Part shown: positions 12,905 to 26,640 of the stretch, one piece after another
Position numbering within the stretch: position 1 is the first letter of the stretch
Layout of the letters: each line of letters opens with the position of its first letter
Assembly (NCBI GenBank): GCA_001600815.1
Contig: BCKZ01000007.1
Coordinates: 682,001-746,000 of the forward strand
Source: Alloascoidea hylecoeti
Lineage: Eukaryota
Direction of reading: 5' to 3'
Length of the DNA stretch: 64,000 bases
Notes under the pieces: model-generated
Seen by the model: only the letters and a program-made list of their open reading frames with translations
Databases searched by the model: none
Told to the model about the DNA's origin: nothing
Translations under genes and position numbers: made by a program

Positions 12905-13569
12905 TTTGTTATTTGTTTCCTCCCGATCTTCGAATAAAATACAAAGGTAAAAAAGACGCAAGAAAAGAAGATAGAAGTGGTAAGAGGGATTACTAATATC
13001 CAGGCGATATTAAGTAAGCATATCTATTTTCAAACAAATGGGCAGACCCAGAGTTCCCTGCATTTCCCCTTGCTTTCAAGAGGATTTGACAGTTATTTTT
13101 TAGAACAAAAAAAGCAATTGATTTCTACAATAAGGATAGTTTGTTTATATGGTATTAACTTGCAATTAATTTAAATCTGGGAATTGTAGACACTATTTGA
13201 ACCTTAAAGCCATCAATAGAAAAAGACTTAATTTATGAATATATGGGATGCTGCTCAGGTTCAAATTTAGTAGGAACACTGTTAATTGTAATACTTCTAT
13301 TTGAAAAACAAGTTGCAATTGATGGGAAATCTCTTTTTCTGTGTATTTTCCCATATTAATTGGGAAATAATCATGAGAATCAGACTATCTCCCTCAATAT
13401 TTATTTATTTATCTTGAAAAGTTAAATTTCTACATTTATGAAGCTTTCTGTTCTCATATATACGCGTATACCAAACCTTTTGTATATATCAGCACGATCT
13501 TTTTTCAACCTCTCGAATCAGCATCAGGAAAAAGCCCAAGCCTAGAATTTAAACAGGCTATTTGTGAAC

Positions 13570-14048
13570 ATGTTATATCTCAAATCAATCTTAAAGGTCA
13601 TCGATAATTCTGTATGTGTTCTATACCAAACTACTGTTTTTTTCTTTTATGTTCAATTTAGAAACTCATACTAATACATTTATAATAGGGAGGTCAACTA
13701 GCTGAATGTATCAATGTGCTACGCAAAGGTGATCAATCTCCAGCCCGAATAGGCGATCGAATAGTCGTTGTTATACAGAAAGCTCGTACTGTTTCTACCA
13801 TTTTATCTGGCGCAACCTCAAATATTAATCGTGTGAAGCGTGGTGATATCTGTCATGCTATTGTAGTCCGAACAAAACAACCTACACTACGAAAAGATGG
13901 ATCAATCGTGAGATTCGATGATAATGCTTGTGTTTTAATCAATAAGAATGGCGAACCATTAGGTACGAGAGTTTCGAGTGTTGTTGCAAGGGAACTCAAA
14001 GAGAAGTCTTTTAATAAGATTGTTTCAATGGCACCGAAAATCGTTTAA
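13570..14048 (+). CDS. MRPL38: Mitochondrial ribosomal protein uL14m (133 aa); exons 13570-13611 and 13689-14048
   Basis: [24 protein letters not shown]...[18 protein letters not shown]. Intron GTATGT..TACTAAT..TAG. Confidence 0.95.
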
Positions 14049-14694
14049 ATTTCATTAACGATTCCATTCTTAATGCCACTTTATATAGTGAACAATATTT
14101 GTATATATAGGACTTATTATAAAAAATAAATGCTAAGTCAACCTTTGGAATTGGAATATGAAATATATCTATATCATTGCATAAAAATGATTTTTCTATC
14201 TTACATCAATAATTCAAGGACAACATTGTTACTACAATCTTGTCTAATATAATAAATAACATCATTAAAAATTGAAAAAAGAACTTTTTGGTCGCTTATT
14301 AATATCAAGAAACCACAAATAAAAATAGATTTAATTAAAATATAAATCACCCTTGCAACTGGTAGTGTTATGTGTACCCACAGAACATAGAAAGAGTATC
14401 TTATAAACAACTGTAATTGATTGTAAAGGTAACAACAATAAATATGTGAATTTGAATCTGATTATACTACAATATATGTTGTAAGCTGTAAAATTGAAAT
14501 TAATATATAAACCAAACCTTTTCCACATCTTAACCATATAAATCAATTGAAAAAGTTGAGCATAAAAATAGAACCCTAAGCGAAATATGTGACATGAATG
14601 ATGAAGATGCAATAAACAAGAAAACGTAACAAACAATGAATAATAAAAGAACATTAAGGAAAAATCAAATCAAATGCTTTCAAAAAATCATGCG

Positions 14695-17169
14695 TTAAAA
14701 CTCTTTGATTAGCCTCTCAAAACAATCATACATGTCTTCTAACCGACCCTTCATCTCTTCATTATAACCCATCTCAAACTCTCTATTGATTATACTTGTC
14801 TCAGCGTCGAGGAATTTAAATTGGGCAGAAAGTATATTATTTATATTATTTATTGATTTATCAGATGCTATAGTAGTCATGTTATTCGGTTTTGAATTAT
14901 TCCTGTATTTTAGATCATTTAAATTTGAGAGGAGCTTAGTTTTTTGGAATTGTACACGCTGCGAATAATTGTAATTTGTATTACTGATGATATCAGTGCA
15001 GCTTCTAGCGTGTGACTTGAATTTGCGTTCACGTTGAGGACTTATTTCAGTCTTTTCTGTTATTCGACTTAATTCATTTTCGGAACTGTTATCATCTTCT
15101 CTATTCTCATACACATCAGTAATAAAACTGATACTTGAATTATTATTATGAAGGATCTCAAGATGAGATGGAGAAGTAGTGGAAATAGTTTGTCTTCTTG
15201 AATTTTTTCCAGACAAGAATCGTGTTGATTTGGGGGCTTTTAACCGAACCCTTTCGTTGTCAAGTTTAAGATTTCCATTATCATTAAGATCTCTTCCTTC
15301 CAAGTTCATATGTTGATCGTGAATATTGACATTATGAGAGTACGCTGCAAGTGCTGGGGATGACATTACAGAATTAGGCGCAGATATACCATATAAAGGA
15401 AAAAACTCACCATTAATATTTCCCTTTTTGTTGATAGTAGTTTTATTTTTCAAAGGTGTTGAAAAGGATACAAAAGATTGAGTTTTGTTCTGATTTTCAT
15501 TTGGCATCTTTCGGGGTGGATTGTAGGTTTGTCTTTTAGAGTGTGTATTATAGTTTAGAGTATTTGTTTTATCAGGCTTTGGAACACTATCGTTAATGTC
15601 TGGATTTGGATTAAATATTACTTTATCGACTAATGAGAAGGAATTGGTGTGCATACTACGAGATCCAGGACCAAAGGTTGTGCTTGAATTGGGATTTGAG
15701 TTGACATTTGTTAGTGAATTAGAGGGAGATGAAATGTGATCCACCATTTGTGGAAAGTGCGATACCAGCGCACTATTACTTCTATTCACATTACCTTGTA
15801 GTGTATATTCTGATTGCGTAATAATATCTTGTTGATTTATCCCAAAATCTGATAACATATTTGAATTGCGGAACTTCTGTAGTTTTTTGAAGTTGTTAAC
15901 TTTTCGATCATTATCGTTATGATTGTGATTATGATTATGATTGTGGTCATGTCCATGTCTATGTCTATTCCTATATTTTATTTTGCTTTTTGATTTCGCA
16001 GATTCGACTTTCATCAGAACTTTTTCAATAGATAGATCATATTCATTTGAATTAATAAGAAGGTTATCAAGACTACGCTGTATGGCATTAAGAGAATCAA
16101 GGTGTCGTGATAACTCTGACTTGGAGATATAAGAATGATTGCCTGATGTTGTTTCCAATGGGGCTATGGTACTTAAAGATTGAATGGGATAATCTGACGA
16201 TTGAGAATGTAAGTCTTGTTGTATTTGAAACTTCTTCTTCATTGCAGTTTCATTTTCTAGTGATTCAGTTGATTTATGAATTTTCGGAGGTTCTATCGTT
16301 GAAGTTTCATGTTCACTTTCTGTGTTTATCCATTTTTTATTAACATTGTTTTGTAGTAAAGATGGGGATGTTAAACCATGACCGTCATTTAACGATTGTT
16401 CAGACTTTTTTCGATAAAAAGGTAACTTTCCGAAGGATGGAACATGAGCATCAGTTGACTTGTCATGTATGTTAGATTCTTTAATTTCTATATCCTCATG
16501 TGACTTAACCTTGCCAACCAACTCTTTATTACGAGCTGGATGTAGTGGTGAAGAGTCCTGTGAAATGGAGGGACTCTTAGCACTAATAGTACCCGATCCA
16601 GACCCAAATGTAGTAGAACTTTCGAGTAAAAGAGACTTAAAATCACGTTCATGAGGGTCCAAATCAAAATGAGGGGGGGTTATCTGTACCATTTCATCTA
16701 GTTCCTCCGCAAGAGAATCTACAGATGAAGAATTGTGAAGTATTGAAGGTGAATATTCCATTGAAGTGGATATATGAAGAGGCTGAGATTCCGGCTTTTT
16801 GTGGTTATTAGTTATAGAGGGATTCGACGTAGAATTAATGTGGTTTACTTCACTGCTGCCTTGGAGGTTTAAAGCAACGGGATAATCATTCACAGGTTGT
16901 GGTGTTTCTCGCCACGAGTCTTTTCCCAAAGGATGTTTATAGCCAATATTTGTGTTTCTGAGGCCCACCCTATTGAAATTTGGCCCGAGAAAAGAATCCT
17001 TATCTTTATCCTCCTGTTCAACTGTATCTGAAGCCGAAAGACTGCTACTCGAGGCAGATAGATCTGCTAATTCAGAGCTGTTAGGTGGATTATCATTCGT
17101 GTTGCCACCACCAAACAACCCAAACGGAGTTCCTAACTGGGACCCCAGTGAAAAGTTGAATGGTATCAT
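14695..17169 (-). CDS. Hypothetical 824-aa Ser/Asn-rich, mostly disordered protein with an HN repeat and short helical segments
   Basis: 2.5-kb uninterrupted ORF; no family recognised. Confidence 0.85.
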   Translation of the reverse strand: MIPFNFSLGSQLGTPFGLFGGGNTNDNPPNSSELADLSASSSSLSASDTVEQEDKDKDSFLGPNFNRVGLRNTNIGYKHPLGKDSWRETPQPVNDYPVALNLQGSSEVNHINSTSNPSITNNHKKPESQPLHISTSMEYSPSILHNSSSVDSLAEELDEMVQITPPHFDLDPHERDFKSLLLESSTTFGSGSGTISAKSPSISQDSSPLHPARNKELVGKVKSHEDIEIKESNIHDKSTDAHVPSFGKLPFYRKKSEQSLNDGHGLTSPSLLQNNVNKKWINTESEHETSTIEPPKIHKSTESLENETAMKKKFQIQQDLHSQSSDYPIQSLSTIAPLETTSGNHSYISKSELSRHLDSLNAIQRSLDNLLINSNEYDLSIEKVLMKVESAKSKSKIKYRNRHRHGHDHNHNHNHNHNDNDRKVNNFKKLQKFRNSNMLSDFGINQQDIITQSEYTLQGNVNRSNSALVSHFPQMVDHISSPSNSLTNVNSNPNSSTTFGPGSRSMHTNSFSLVDKVIFNPNPDINDSVPKPDKTNTLNYNTHSKRQTYNPPRKMPNENQNKTQSFVSFSTPLKNKTTINKKGNINGEFFPLYGISAPNSVMSSPALAAYSHNVNIHDQHMNLEGRDLNDNGNLKLDNERVRLKAPKSTRFLSGKNSRRQTISTTSPSHLEILHNNNSSISFITDVYENREDDNSSENELSRITEKTEISPQRERKFKSHARSCTDIISNTNYNYSQRVQFQKTKLLSNLNDLKYRNNSKPNNMTTIASDKSINNINNILSAQFKFLDAETSIINREFEMGYNEEMKGRLEDMYDCFERLIKEF

Positions 17170-17228
17170 GTATCCATATAGGTAAACATAACTAATTAAC
17201 TATACGAAGAAGGTTGTTACAACGGTAG

Positions 17229-17236
17229 CCGGGTAA
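17229..17236. promoter_or_regulatory. Reb1-type site (CCGGGTAA) in a ~175-bp divergent promoter
   Basis: Exact motif between the ATGs at 17169 and 17344. The same motif occurs near 42965, upstream of the Yra1-family gene. Confidence 0.5.
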
Positions 17237-17343
17237 CATAAATGTACCATCAAATCAAAGTTCACGAATTTATATTTTCCCAAATCTTTCAACTTTTCAC
17301 CCTTCTTCGCTTTCACTTTCACTTTCACTTTGATCACTGAAAA

Positions 17344-17835
17344 ATGTTTAAGTCACTACCAAAAGGAAATGTATCTCGTCAGGTTGCACGTCTCAACAAC
17401 ATATCATTTGGCCCTGGCGCCATTAAAGTTCCTTCGAATGTGGTAGAAATCGATCTCCTTTTTAAAATCATGAATAAAGATGGTCATATGGGTGCTCGCA
17501 AATTCTGGCAACAGAATCTTCCCCAAATACAGTTTCACAATCCAAATCTACCAATCAAAGTACAAAGAGTCCGTGTTGAGAAGCCAGAAGACCATGCTAG
17601 AATCCCCGCTACATTAACAATTAAATTTAACGACGGTTCCGAACAGACAATTAATTGTAAATATCGCCACAGCAATGAGATCTTAGAAGATTTCATTGAT
17701 AAAACGAGAGCGAGCAAAGTTCCAGTCACGGAGATCCCACTGATTATGATAAAGAGAGATGGGAAAGATGTTCCCGTTTTGGGTAATTCTGAAGCTGAGA
17801 ATAGTATTCTTGAGGGCAGAGCTGAAGCTGCTTAA
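17344..17835 (+). CDS. MRP49: Mitochondrial ribosomal protein mL61
   Basis: GPGAIKVP...GHMGARKFWQQNLPQIQFHNP (L51/S25/CI-B8 domain). Confidence 0.9.
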   Translation: MFKSLPKGNVSRQVARLNNISFGPGAIKVPSNVVEIDLLFKIMNKDGHMGARKFWQQNLPQIQFHNPNLPIKVQRVRVEKPEDHARIPATLTIKFNDGSEQTINCKYRHSNEILEDFIDKTRASKVPVTEIPLIMIKRDGKDVPVLGNSEAENSILEGRAEAA

Positions 17836-18154
17836 GTTAATATTTGAGATATTTTTGTTTGTATATACTTTTTGAGTTATTGCTCTCAATTGATTGTAAG
17901 GCATTTGTTTCTAAGTATGAATTAATGCTGTATATAGTACTTAGCTTGTTAATTATTCTTTTCTCTTCGAATTTAATCCAATTTCATGTTTATTATTGTA
18001 TTATAACTTCGAAATACCTAGAGATACAATATTAGTATCGAAATCATTCTTTATGGTGGCAAGTAAAGTATCTTAATTATACACTTAATTATAATTATAA
18101 TAAATATACTCATGAGCGTGATTTTCCTCGTTTTCAATAATTAATAATAAAAAA

Positions 18155-18548
18155 TACAGTCCTTAACTTAATTTCAGCCACCCCTTGACTGCAGTACTGT
18201 ATTAATTTTGGTTGAAAACTACTAATTTCGGATGATAAACGAGCGCAGATGAATTTTTATTTAAAGATATTTTAGTAGATGACTCAATAGGAATTATAAT
18301 TATAACTCTGAGTTAGTGAGACAATTTAATAATATTTTTTCCCGTTTAAAATATTCGCTATTAGACCCATATGCATATACACATTTACAAACACAAAATT
18401 ATAGTTGAGGGTGGCTTAAAATCAATAATCAACATGGCAGAATCTTTACTTCAGGGAATGTCTCAGTGCATGTGTCTGTACATTTAGATCTATAAATATG
18501 ATCGAATATTTAATTATTACATGGCTGAAATTAAGGGGAATGAGTGTA
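18155..18548 (+). mobile_element. Tc1/mariner-derived MITE or internally deleted element (~390 bp)
   Basis: TA|CAGTCCTTAACTTAATTTCAGCCA ... TGGCTGAAATTAAGGGGAATGAGTG|TA: imperfect 24-25 bp TIRs with a 14-bp perfect core, flanked by TA. Confidence 0.65.
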
Positions 18549-19250
18549 TAATTATGTTACGATTGTTGCGATCTAGCTACCAAGAGGATATAAAAGGCTT
18601 ACCTCAATATTACTATAACTTAGCCGCTTGCCTTTCATCATCGACAAATATCGATTCATCGGTGTCTAGGAAGGCTTGGAATAAAAAAGGCTTATAATTA
18701 TATAAGGTTAATTATATGGGTATGATTGTTCATGATCATATAAATGATAATCCATATACTAATATTATATAAGACTTGGTACTAATGCTTATATATAATA
18801 AACCCTGTTTACTCCCTTACTCTATTTAGAGGAAGGCAACAATAAGTAGCTATATTCTTGAGTACACTATATAGTACCAAGTTACCAACTTGCACTACCA
18901 TATTTTCATTTTTATATCGTTTTATTTAACTTCAGAATATAGCTAGAGCTCTACGTTTTGTAACTTTCAACTTTTGTTCTAGTACACTATTATTGTAGTT
19001 AGATGTTTGAACAATTATAATTGGTATATAATCCATTCGTTATTGTTGTGGTTGGCTTATCATGTTTTAATTTGCCAACATGTTGGATATTTCGTATCTA
19101 ACTTTGAATTTTGAATTTAAAAGCATTTATTATTAGTTCTTTCTATAGGTATATACATACATATATATTACATAATTACAAGTATATTCGCCTCTGGTGA
19201 ATATCAATATTAATAGTAGAAAGTGACTATACATATGTCACCGGAATAAT

Positions 19251-20057
19251 TTAGTAGTATTTATAACTAAGAGTTGGTCTGAAACTGATATTGTGAGAAG
19301 TTGTGTCAGACCCATGTATAGTCTTCACATGCCTGAAGAGATTGGATCTAACCGAGAATTGTTTCCTACAACCCTGGTAGTAACACTTAAACGGTTTTTC
19401 ACCAGTGTGACTATACATATGGATCTTCAATGAGCTAGGTCTGACAAATTCCTTCTTGCAAATTCTGCAACATTTGCATATTTTATCCTCCCGCATATTT
19501 GGTTGGCTCTGCCAAGAAATGCCTGCTTCATTAGTATCCTTACTAATTTGCTGATTACTTTCATTGTTATCTCTAATCATCCCTAATTTCTTTGTGAACT
19601 TGTCAGGTCGAATATCATTAAGTAAGCTGTCAATAGAGCATCTTTTTTTAACACTAGTAATAGTATTGCAGTTATCACTGATTTCAAGAAATTTCAACGA
19701 ATCTGTCTGCAGCTGTATACTTGTACATGATGCTCTATTCCAGGAACCCCTCTTTGCAATTAGGCTGAAATCATGGCTTTGAGATCGTGACATGAAATTT
19801 GGTTGAACATGAGTTTGAGATACTGATTGTAATACCGATGATAAGGGTGGTAATATATTGGGTTGAGAAATATGAGCTAGTAATTGAGAAGATTGATATC
19901 GGGGATTTTCGTTAACGTTGACGTTGGAATCTAGATTGTAATGTGCATTGTCTAATTGTGTAGCTGGAAATGATCTGGGGACATTATCGAACGCTCTTTG
20001 CGAATTTTGCTCCAAATTATTTTCCTGCAAATATGATGTGAAGAGAGTTTTATTCAT
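19251..20057 (-). CDS. Two-finger C2H2 transcription factor, MtfA/Loz1-like
   Basis: [43 protein letters not shown]; short LPPLSSVL and SIDSLLN motifs. Confidence 0.9.
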   Translation of the reverse strand: MNKTLFTSYLQENNLEQNSQRAFDNVPRSFPATQLDNAHYNLDSNVNVNENPRYQSSQLLAHISQPNILPPLSSVLQSVSQTHVQPNFMSRSQSHDFSLIAKRGSWNRASCTSIQLQTDSLKFLEISDNCNTITSVKKRCSIDSLLNDIRPDKFTKKLGMIRDNNESNQQISKDTNEAGISWQSQPNMREDKICKCCRICKKEFVRPSSLKIHMYSHTGEKPFKCYYQGCRKQFSVRSNLFRHVKTIHGSDTTSHNISFRPTLSYKYY

Positions 20058-23000
20058 GGTAGACTGGAAGATTGTAAAAATATGAGTATATAGAGTTAAG
20101 ATTCATCGATGATGAAATCGATATAAAATAGCGGATACATCTTTTAAATACCATGAGAATTGAACAAAAATTTCTTTTTCTTGATTTCAAATATTATTAA
20201 GACTTCCACTAGCACGCAGATAGTGGAAGACTTCAAGCATGATATGAACATTTACATAAACCATGGCTCAAAGGTTGAAATCCACAATTTCAAGTTTGAT
20301 TCATGGAATTAAATTAGGATGCAAGAGAAACCCACGCCGCACTTTGGATCCTTTCACATAAATATTAAACTTTTCATCTTCATGCCGAAATACGTATATA
20401 AATCTTCAATCCGGCTGTATTATATGTATCAAAGAGATATTTGGCTGAGTGTCACGGACTCATGGACTATGTCTAGCTATTCAAGTAAAATATTAAGGGA
20501 ACATTATATAATTAATAAGAAAATCTGGATCTATATTTATACTTCTATGCATATAAAGTATTATAAACGGTGCATCGAATATATATGCATATAATTAACA
20601 TTTTAAAAGAATATTAACAACTTTTTCACTTCTTTTTAAATGAATGTCTAAGTTCCTTAAAGTTACTTGTTCAATATTTGATTTTATTATAAAAAAATTT
20701 AACTTATTGGAAATAAGACCGGTTTGACAGAGTTGTAAGCTGTAATTAACTTGAGATTGATTATTGAGTTTAATCATAGTGTTAGCAGCAAACCATTACT
20801 TCACAGTTGAACCAAGCTTAAGCCTCTAGCTTGGCTTGATTATATACAAAGCTAAATCTAGAAATGTATAACTTATAGCCATACATTCAGTTGATGCAAG
20901 CAAACTTGGATTATCAATAACTGTATTTGGATATCTATCTTATTACCTGCAGCTGTCAACCTTAACAGCTTTAAATAATATCTAAGAGTTATATAGAATT
21001 ACTAGCACTATAATCATATAAATCAATTTCTTTCTTTTAATCATTAGCATATTTAAATTCCTTTTGCGATTCTTTAAACCTATATCCAACAATTTGTTAA
21101 TTTAAAGGAGTCAAAATGTGCCCAGCCCATAACACTAACATTAGTTGTATGCATATGCATATTTTCCCCCGAAAGAATCAAGCTTAAGTCTAACCCACCT
21201 TCTGGAAGCCCAAGTATACACAACCAATGAAAACAAGGGTTGCCATTGGTTTTATTTTTGGTTTCAAGTTCTTTCACGCCTCTAATTAAAGAGATTTCGA
21301 TTAGATCATATAATAGTTATAGCTATAGAATGGTTCGTTAAATATAAATATAACATTACGTGTATGAAATACAATAAACGAAATATTATATAATAATTTG
21401 TTGAATAAAGTTTGAACAATTCGTATTTATGTTTAAAGTACTATCGTGATTCCGGTTGAAGCTTCTTAATATAGATATATAATTATATATAACTTTACAT
21501 GTAATGAAATACTAGCCATATAAATGTTTGTTGAATAAAGTTTGAACATGTCAATTCGTATATTTATATATAATTATATTTAAAGTACCGTTGCAGTTCC
21601 GGTTGAAGTTTCTAAATATGGCTATATAGTGTAATAAGTTAAATGCTTGTCATTCATATAAATAGCTTTATATGTATAGTCACAGTTACTTCTAGAACCA
21701 ACGTTTTGACATGGTCAATTACTACCTTCAATGTAACACTTTGAATGATCCATGGTTATAGGCGTAAATTTTATATCTAAGCAATTGTGTTAATATATTA
21801 CATGTTACATTTCTCCATAAAAAAAGGCATATCGTAAAACAAGTCATTATACATGTATAGGCTATATTAATATATTATTGCTGCTGTAAGGATGTAACGG
21901 TTTTATGATTGAAGAATGACTTGGTATTAATATTATATTAGAAAAAAAGAGAACTACTATATGGTTACTTTTATGGTACTTGTATTATTGTAATAGGCAG
22001 TGCCCGAATATCTTCGGTAAGACCCAAAGACTCACGTGCATGAGAACCTGACTACCCGGAATATTATGATAACTATAAGTTAATACCTCATCAATACTAA
22101 CTTAATATCATTAATGTAGGCCGATTAATATTGCGATATCCCTATAAAGTTTCGCCCTGCGTGTCAGGCAGTTAGATATAGAGGCACATGTGTCTTTTCC
22201 TTTATAATTATGATTGGAGTAGTGAATATAGAACATATTGATAACTAAAATTCATATATAAGTTATATACAGTATATGGTATAGTAATTAATATGCTGAC
22301 TATAGCTATAATTACAGTGGTAATAGAATGACATATGTATTCAGCTTCGCGGTGTAAAAACTTACAATTGAAATAAATAGTTCAGAAAGATTTCCAATCT
22401 TTTTTTTGAAATTAGACACCTCCAAGCTGTAATGTTTTAATATGCATAGGCCCATATGATGTCTCAATGAACCCCTCATCTAGGTTTGTACCGAATAATG
22501 ACGCTGCCTAACTCCACAACTGGGACACAAATCCAGGTTTAGCTTGAATTAGGCTAGGTCAGCGATGCAGCTTTATATAACTTATAATTATATATAATAA
22601 TCATCATTAATTTTGGAGACTAGAATGATATTTTGTAAACCGTAACATTAATTAATAATATAATACTCCCATTGGAACTAATTATAAGGATGAAACTACT
22701 TGTCAAAAGCTATGTTTTATGTTGATTTGAGCATGGAATTTTAATTTTTTTTTTTCCTTTCTATTATTTGATATCGTCTATATTTCAATTGCTTTTATAA
22801 GCATTAAAACATATTGTTATAGTTAGTTAATGTAATTATAAGCTAAAATTTTTTAAGATATGTTTTTGTTATAATGAGCTATTATAATTATATTGGTTTT
22901 ATCGTGTTAGAATCTGAGTATTTTTTTCCCGTTAAATATAATATAAGTCTTAAATATAAGCTTATAATTAAATATAAATTTGGGAAATAGTTGACAATTT

Positions 23001-23508
23001 TCAGAACGGCGAGTGAAGTTATATTTATCTTCAGAACGATAATATTATATCAGTTAACGTCAAAAAATTTCCTCATTAAATTGTATCTCTAACTCTCAAA
23101 TTCAATAATTTCCGATTATTTCAAACAATTTGAATATAAATAGCCCAATATATAGAAGGATCAAAAAAAAAACAATAGTAACATACCCTAAAATATAGCT
23201 TTCTATAATAAACAGCTGCTGTTAATTAAACTTAGTCCCTAGCTGAATAATATTCTAGTTAAACATGATTTTTTGCCAATATGTTACGGTTGATACTTGC
23301 AAAAATTATATAACCCTTATTCCAAATAGCATTGAAATGTAATAACTTTATATAAATCTATTCAGGTACCAAGGTAAACTAATTTAACTATAGATGGAAG
23401 TAAACGATCTTTTAAATAGAAACTTATAACTGTAACAATTAAACTTTTTGATAGTATTCAATACTATTCATACATGATTTGAGGTGCACTTGTCCCTGAA
23501 GAGGTTAA

Positions 23509-23572
23509 GTTTAGACTCATAATGTTTTAGACTCATAATGTTTTAGACTCATAATGTTTTGGACTCATAATG
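23509..23572. repeat. 16-bp minisatellite (TTAGACTCATAATGTT) x~4
   Basis: Direct reading. Confidence 0.9.
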
Positions 23573-25189
23573 ATTCTAAATGGTATAATGGATATATCGC
23601 CCCCATATGGTTAGTTGATTAACATATTGATATACTAATTAAATATAGAAAAAAAAAAGTATATTTTCCTAATTATTATTATCCGTATACCAATAACACT
23701 ATTTACAGCTTTTTTATTCTCTATATGTACGGTCATTGTTAGTGGTTATCTGAATTACAGCTATTAACTTCCCATTTGGCCAACTGTTTCCCATTACCAG
23801 ATCCCAATTGCTACAAACTACTTATAATTTTTTCAAGTAGTTATAACCATATACAACATTTAGATATATTGATTTATAGAATAATCACAGAAATTAATTG
23901 TGATTATTTTTAACTCATGAACCATTTCCAAGCTCAAGTGAGGAGTTACAGACGACATACATATCAGCAATTCGGTTCTTAGATTATTGGTACCAGTGGT
24001 ATTTAGATTTGAAATTATAGCTAGCTGTATACGGTATACCCGGTATAACATAACCATAACTATGGTGATACATAAAGTTTGTATATATACTTCTGAAATT
24101 TATTCTGTCATTCATTTAAGATAAGGTGATTGGATGTTATAATAAAAATGGATATATGCATATGGTTAAATCTATATCTACCGGCAACTACCATATTGAA
24201 ATGAGTGAGAAGAATGTTCTATCATTCAGTTGCAATATTTTTGGTAGTTTTATTAATATTGTTATTATGAATATGTATTAAGAGCATGGATCATATACAT
24301 ATATCGTATATTATACATAATTAAAAACCTGCAGGTATCCAATCAATCATGCATAGTTTTATAAAAAACATAGAAAATTGATATGTTTGTTATTATAGTT
24401 GTCATTTATATTTTCAGTCATGTTCCAATATTAATAAATTTTCTTTTTTCAATACATTATCCCCAGTAGTCAGAATAAGTTAATTATAATGTTTACTTCT
24501 ATGCATAATTTATATGTAAATAGGATAATTAATAATGTCTTTATAATTAATTCATATAAGTTGTAACTATGATATCGATATGTGTCTTGTTAAATTCCAA
24601 AACCAGAATTAAAGGAAATTGGAATTCATATATATTATACATGATGCTTTAAAGTTTCCAATTAGAATTATCGACTATAGCTGACGTTTAAAATTGAAAT
24701 ATTTCTAAAACTTATACTTGTTGCTATCAATTGGTATACGGCTTACAGGCTCACTATGAAGAAATATAACTATTGAAAAGGAATAGAGTGAGCTTAACAT
24801 CAGATTATATAACGTATAAACAACATAACACCTATAATTTCACTCCCATGAACATTGGGCTCAACCCTATTTGACATAAGCAATATAATATTAATATTAT
24901 ATATTAGCTTTTAAAATGGCAACAGGAATAATGACCTGCCGGTTCTTATTTATATATGCTACATATAATGATCACCCAAAAGTTAAAATTATCTCGTTTT
25001 GCCTCTCTTATTGCTAGACTTATTTATGAATAAATATTTGGCTTTAAAATTACTGCTTGTCAATTCCTATATATAAAGTATTTCGTTGAACATGAGTTTC
25101 AAGGAATCACTAATTAGGATGCTAATTATTATATTTCACGACTATTATACAATTTGGAGCTCAATCTCAAAGACCTATTATTGGATAAT

Positions 25190-26640
25190 GAGATAATAAG
25201 AGGAAGTATCTTCTCATTCACGCCTCAACATCTCATTCATATTCAAAATCTCATTGAGAAGTCTAAACAGACCTTAGTAGTCCAATGTATACATTAACAA
25301 CTGAACAGGATTATCTGAACAAAGAAAAATTTCTCATGATTTATTATATTGTAGAAATTCAAAAACTGATAATAATGAAAATGAAAATGTTAAAAAAATT
25401 AATAATGAAATTGTTAATAAAGTTGATAATAAATTTGATGATAAAATTGAAAATATTGATGGATCAAAAGGAGGAATTGATTTTTTAATTAATAATAAAA
25501 AAAAGAAATAGAGCAATGTCATTTCATCTTGATTTTAGAATATTAGAATTAATGATAAAAATCAAGCATACAAGAGATTTTTAAAAATAAAGGTTTTAAA
25601 GGCAATACACCAGGAAAGTCAAATAGATAAGTATATAAATAGTTAAACTTCCCTCTAATAAAAATCATCTGAATATCTTTATTTCATCTATCTCGAAGTA
25701 GATTTTGATTCTCATAGGCATTCTCCCCTCCATAATCAAATGACCAATCAACACATCGTGCCATTCATTCGTGCCATTCATTCATTCTCGTACAAATTCT
25801 GCTTGGTATCCCCAGATGTGAGTTAAACACTCGGTAATACGAATCAGCCAAATTAAAAGTTTCCTTCCAGGACATACACCTCTAACCAGCCCATTGCGAC
25901 ACACACAGTAAGTCGCACATTCCTAACCTACACTTCCGGACACGGGTATATGTTCTACTTTCTTCACAAACCACAGCGCACAATCGTTGTCCCCGAGGTT
26001 CTTCGTAATTTCACACTACCACTTCAGAACATATAACTCACATTTGTGTTTACAAATTTATCCTCATCAAACTAAACTATTCTCAGGTTCACAGCTTTCA
26101 ATATTTTTATCTGCAGCTGCTGAACATCCATGCTGCGATAATCATACTAATATTTAAGGCACGTCACAGTGTCATTCATTCTGGTCGGACTTCAATGGAT
26201 GCATTCTTCTAGTGAGAGTCAAACCACATAACAATACACAACCTACAACAGGATTAATACCACAAACAGAATCCTTCATTAATTACCACACATCTATAAT
26301 TACAACCTCATGCATTTATTTTTTGTCAAAGGCCACGATAATTACAGCAAATGTTTACATACACAGGTTTATTCACTACAAACCAAACCTACCATTATAT
26401 TTAATTAACTGGGTACGTTCACATCACAAATATTTCGCTAGTTACAACCAATTCATCTCCCACTCCATATCCAGCAGTCGGCTCATCTGGTTGCTTACTG
26501 TGGAGGTAAGAGGAAGTATCTCCCGAACATCTCATTTATGCATCAAAACCTAGACTCATTAAAGATATTGGTTTATAAATTGGTAAACTTTCCACTAATA
26601 AAAAATCATCTGAAAATCATTCATTCATTCTTAATTAACT
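25190..26640 (+). mobile_element. Pair of degenerate LTR-like direct repeats (about 25195-25690 and 26505-26630)
   Basis: Shared blocks TAAGAGGAAGTATCT, AACATCTCATT and TATAAAT..TAAACTT..CTAATAAAAATCATCTGAA in both copies. No gag/pol recognised between them. Confidence 0.4.

Noticed and set aside
23509..23572. Short direct-repeat array as a CRISPR
   Set aside because: Contiguous tandem units with no spacers, eukaryotic context, no cas genes.
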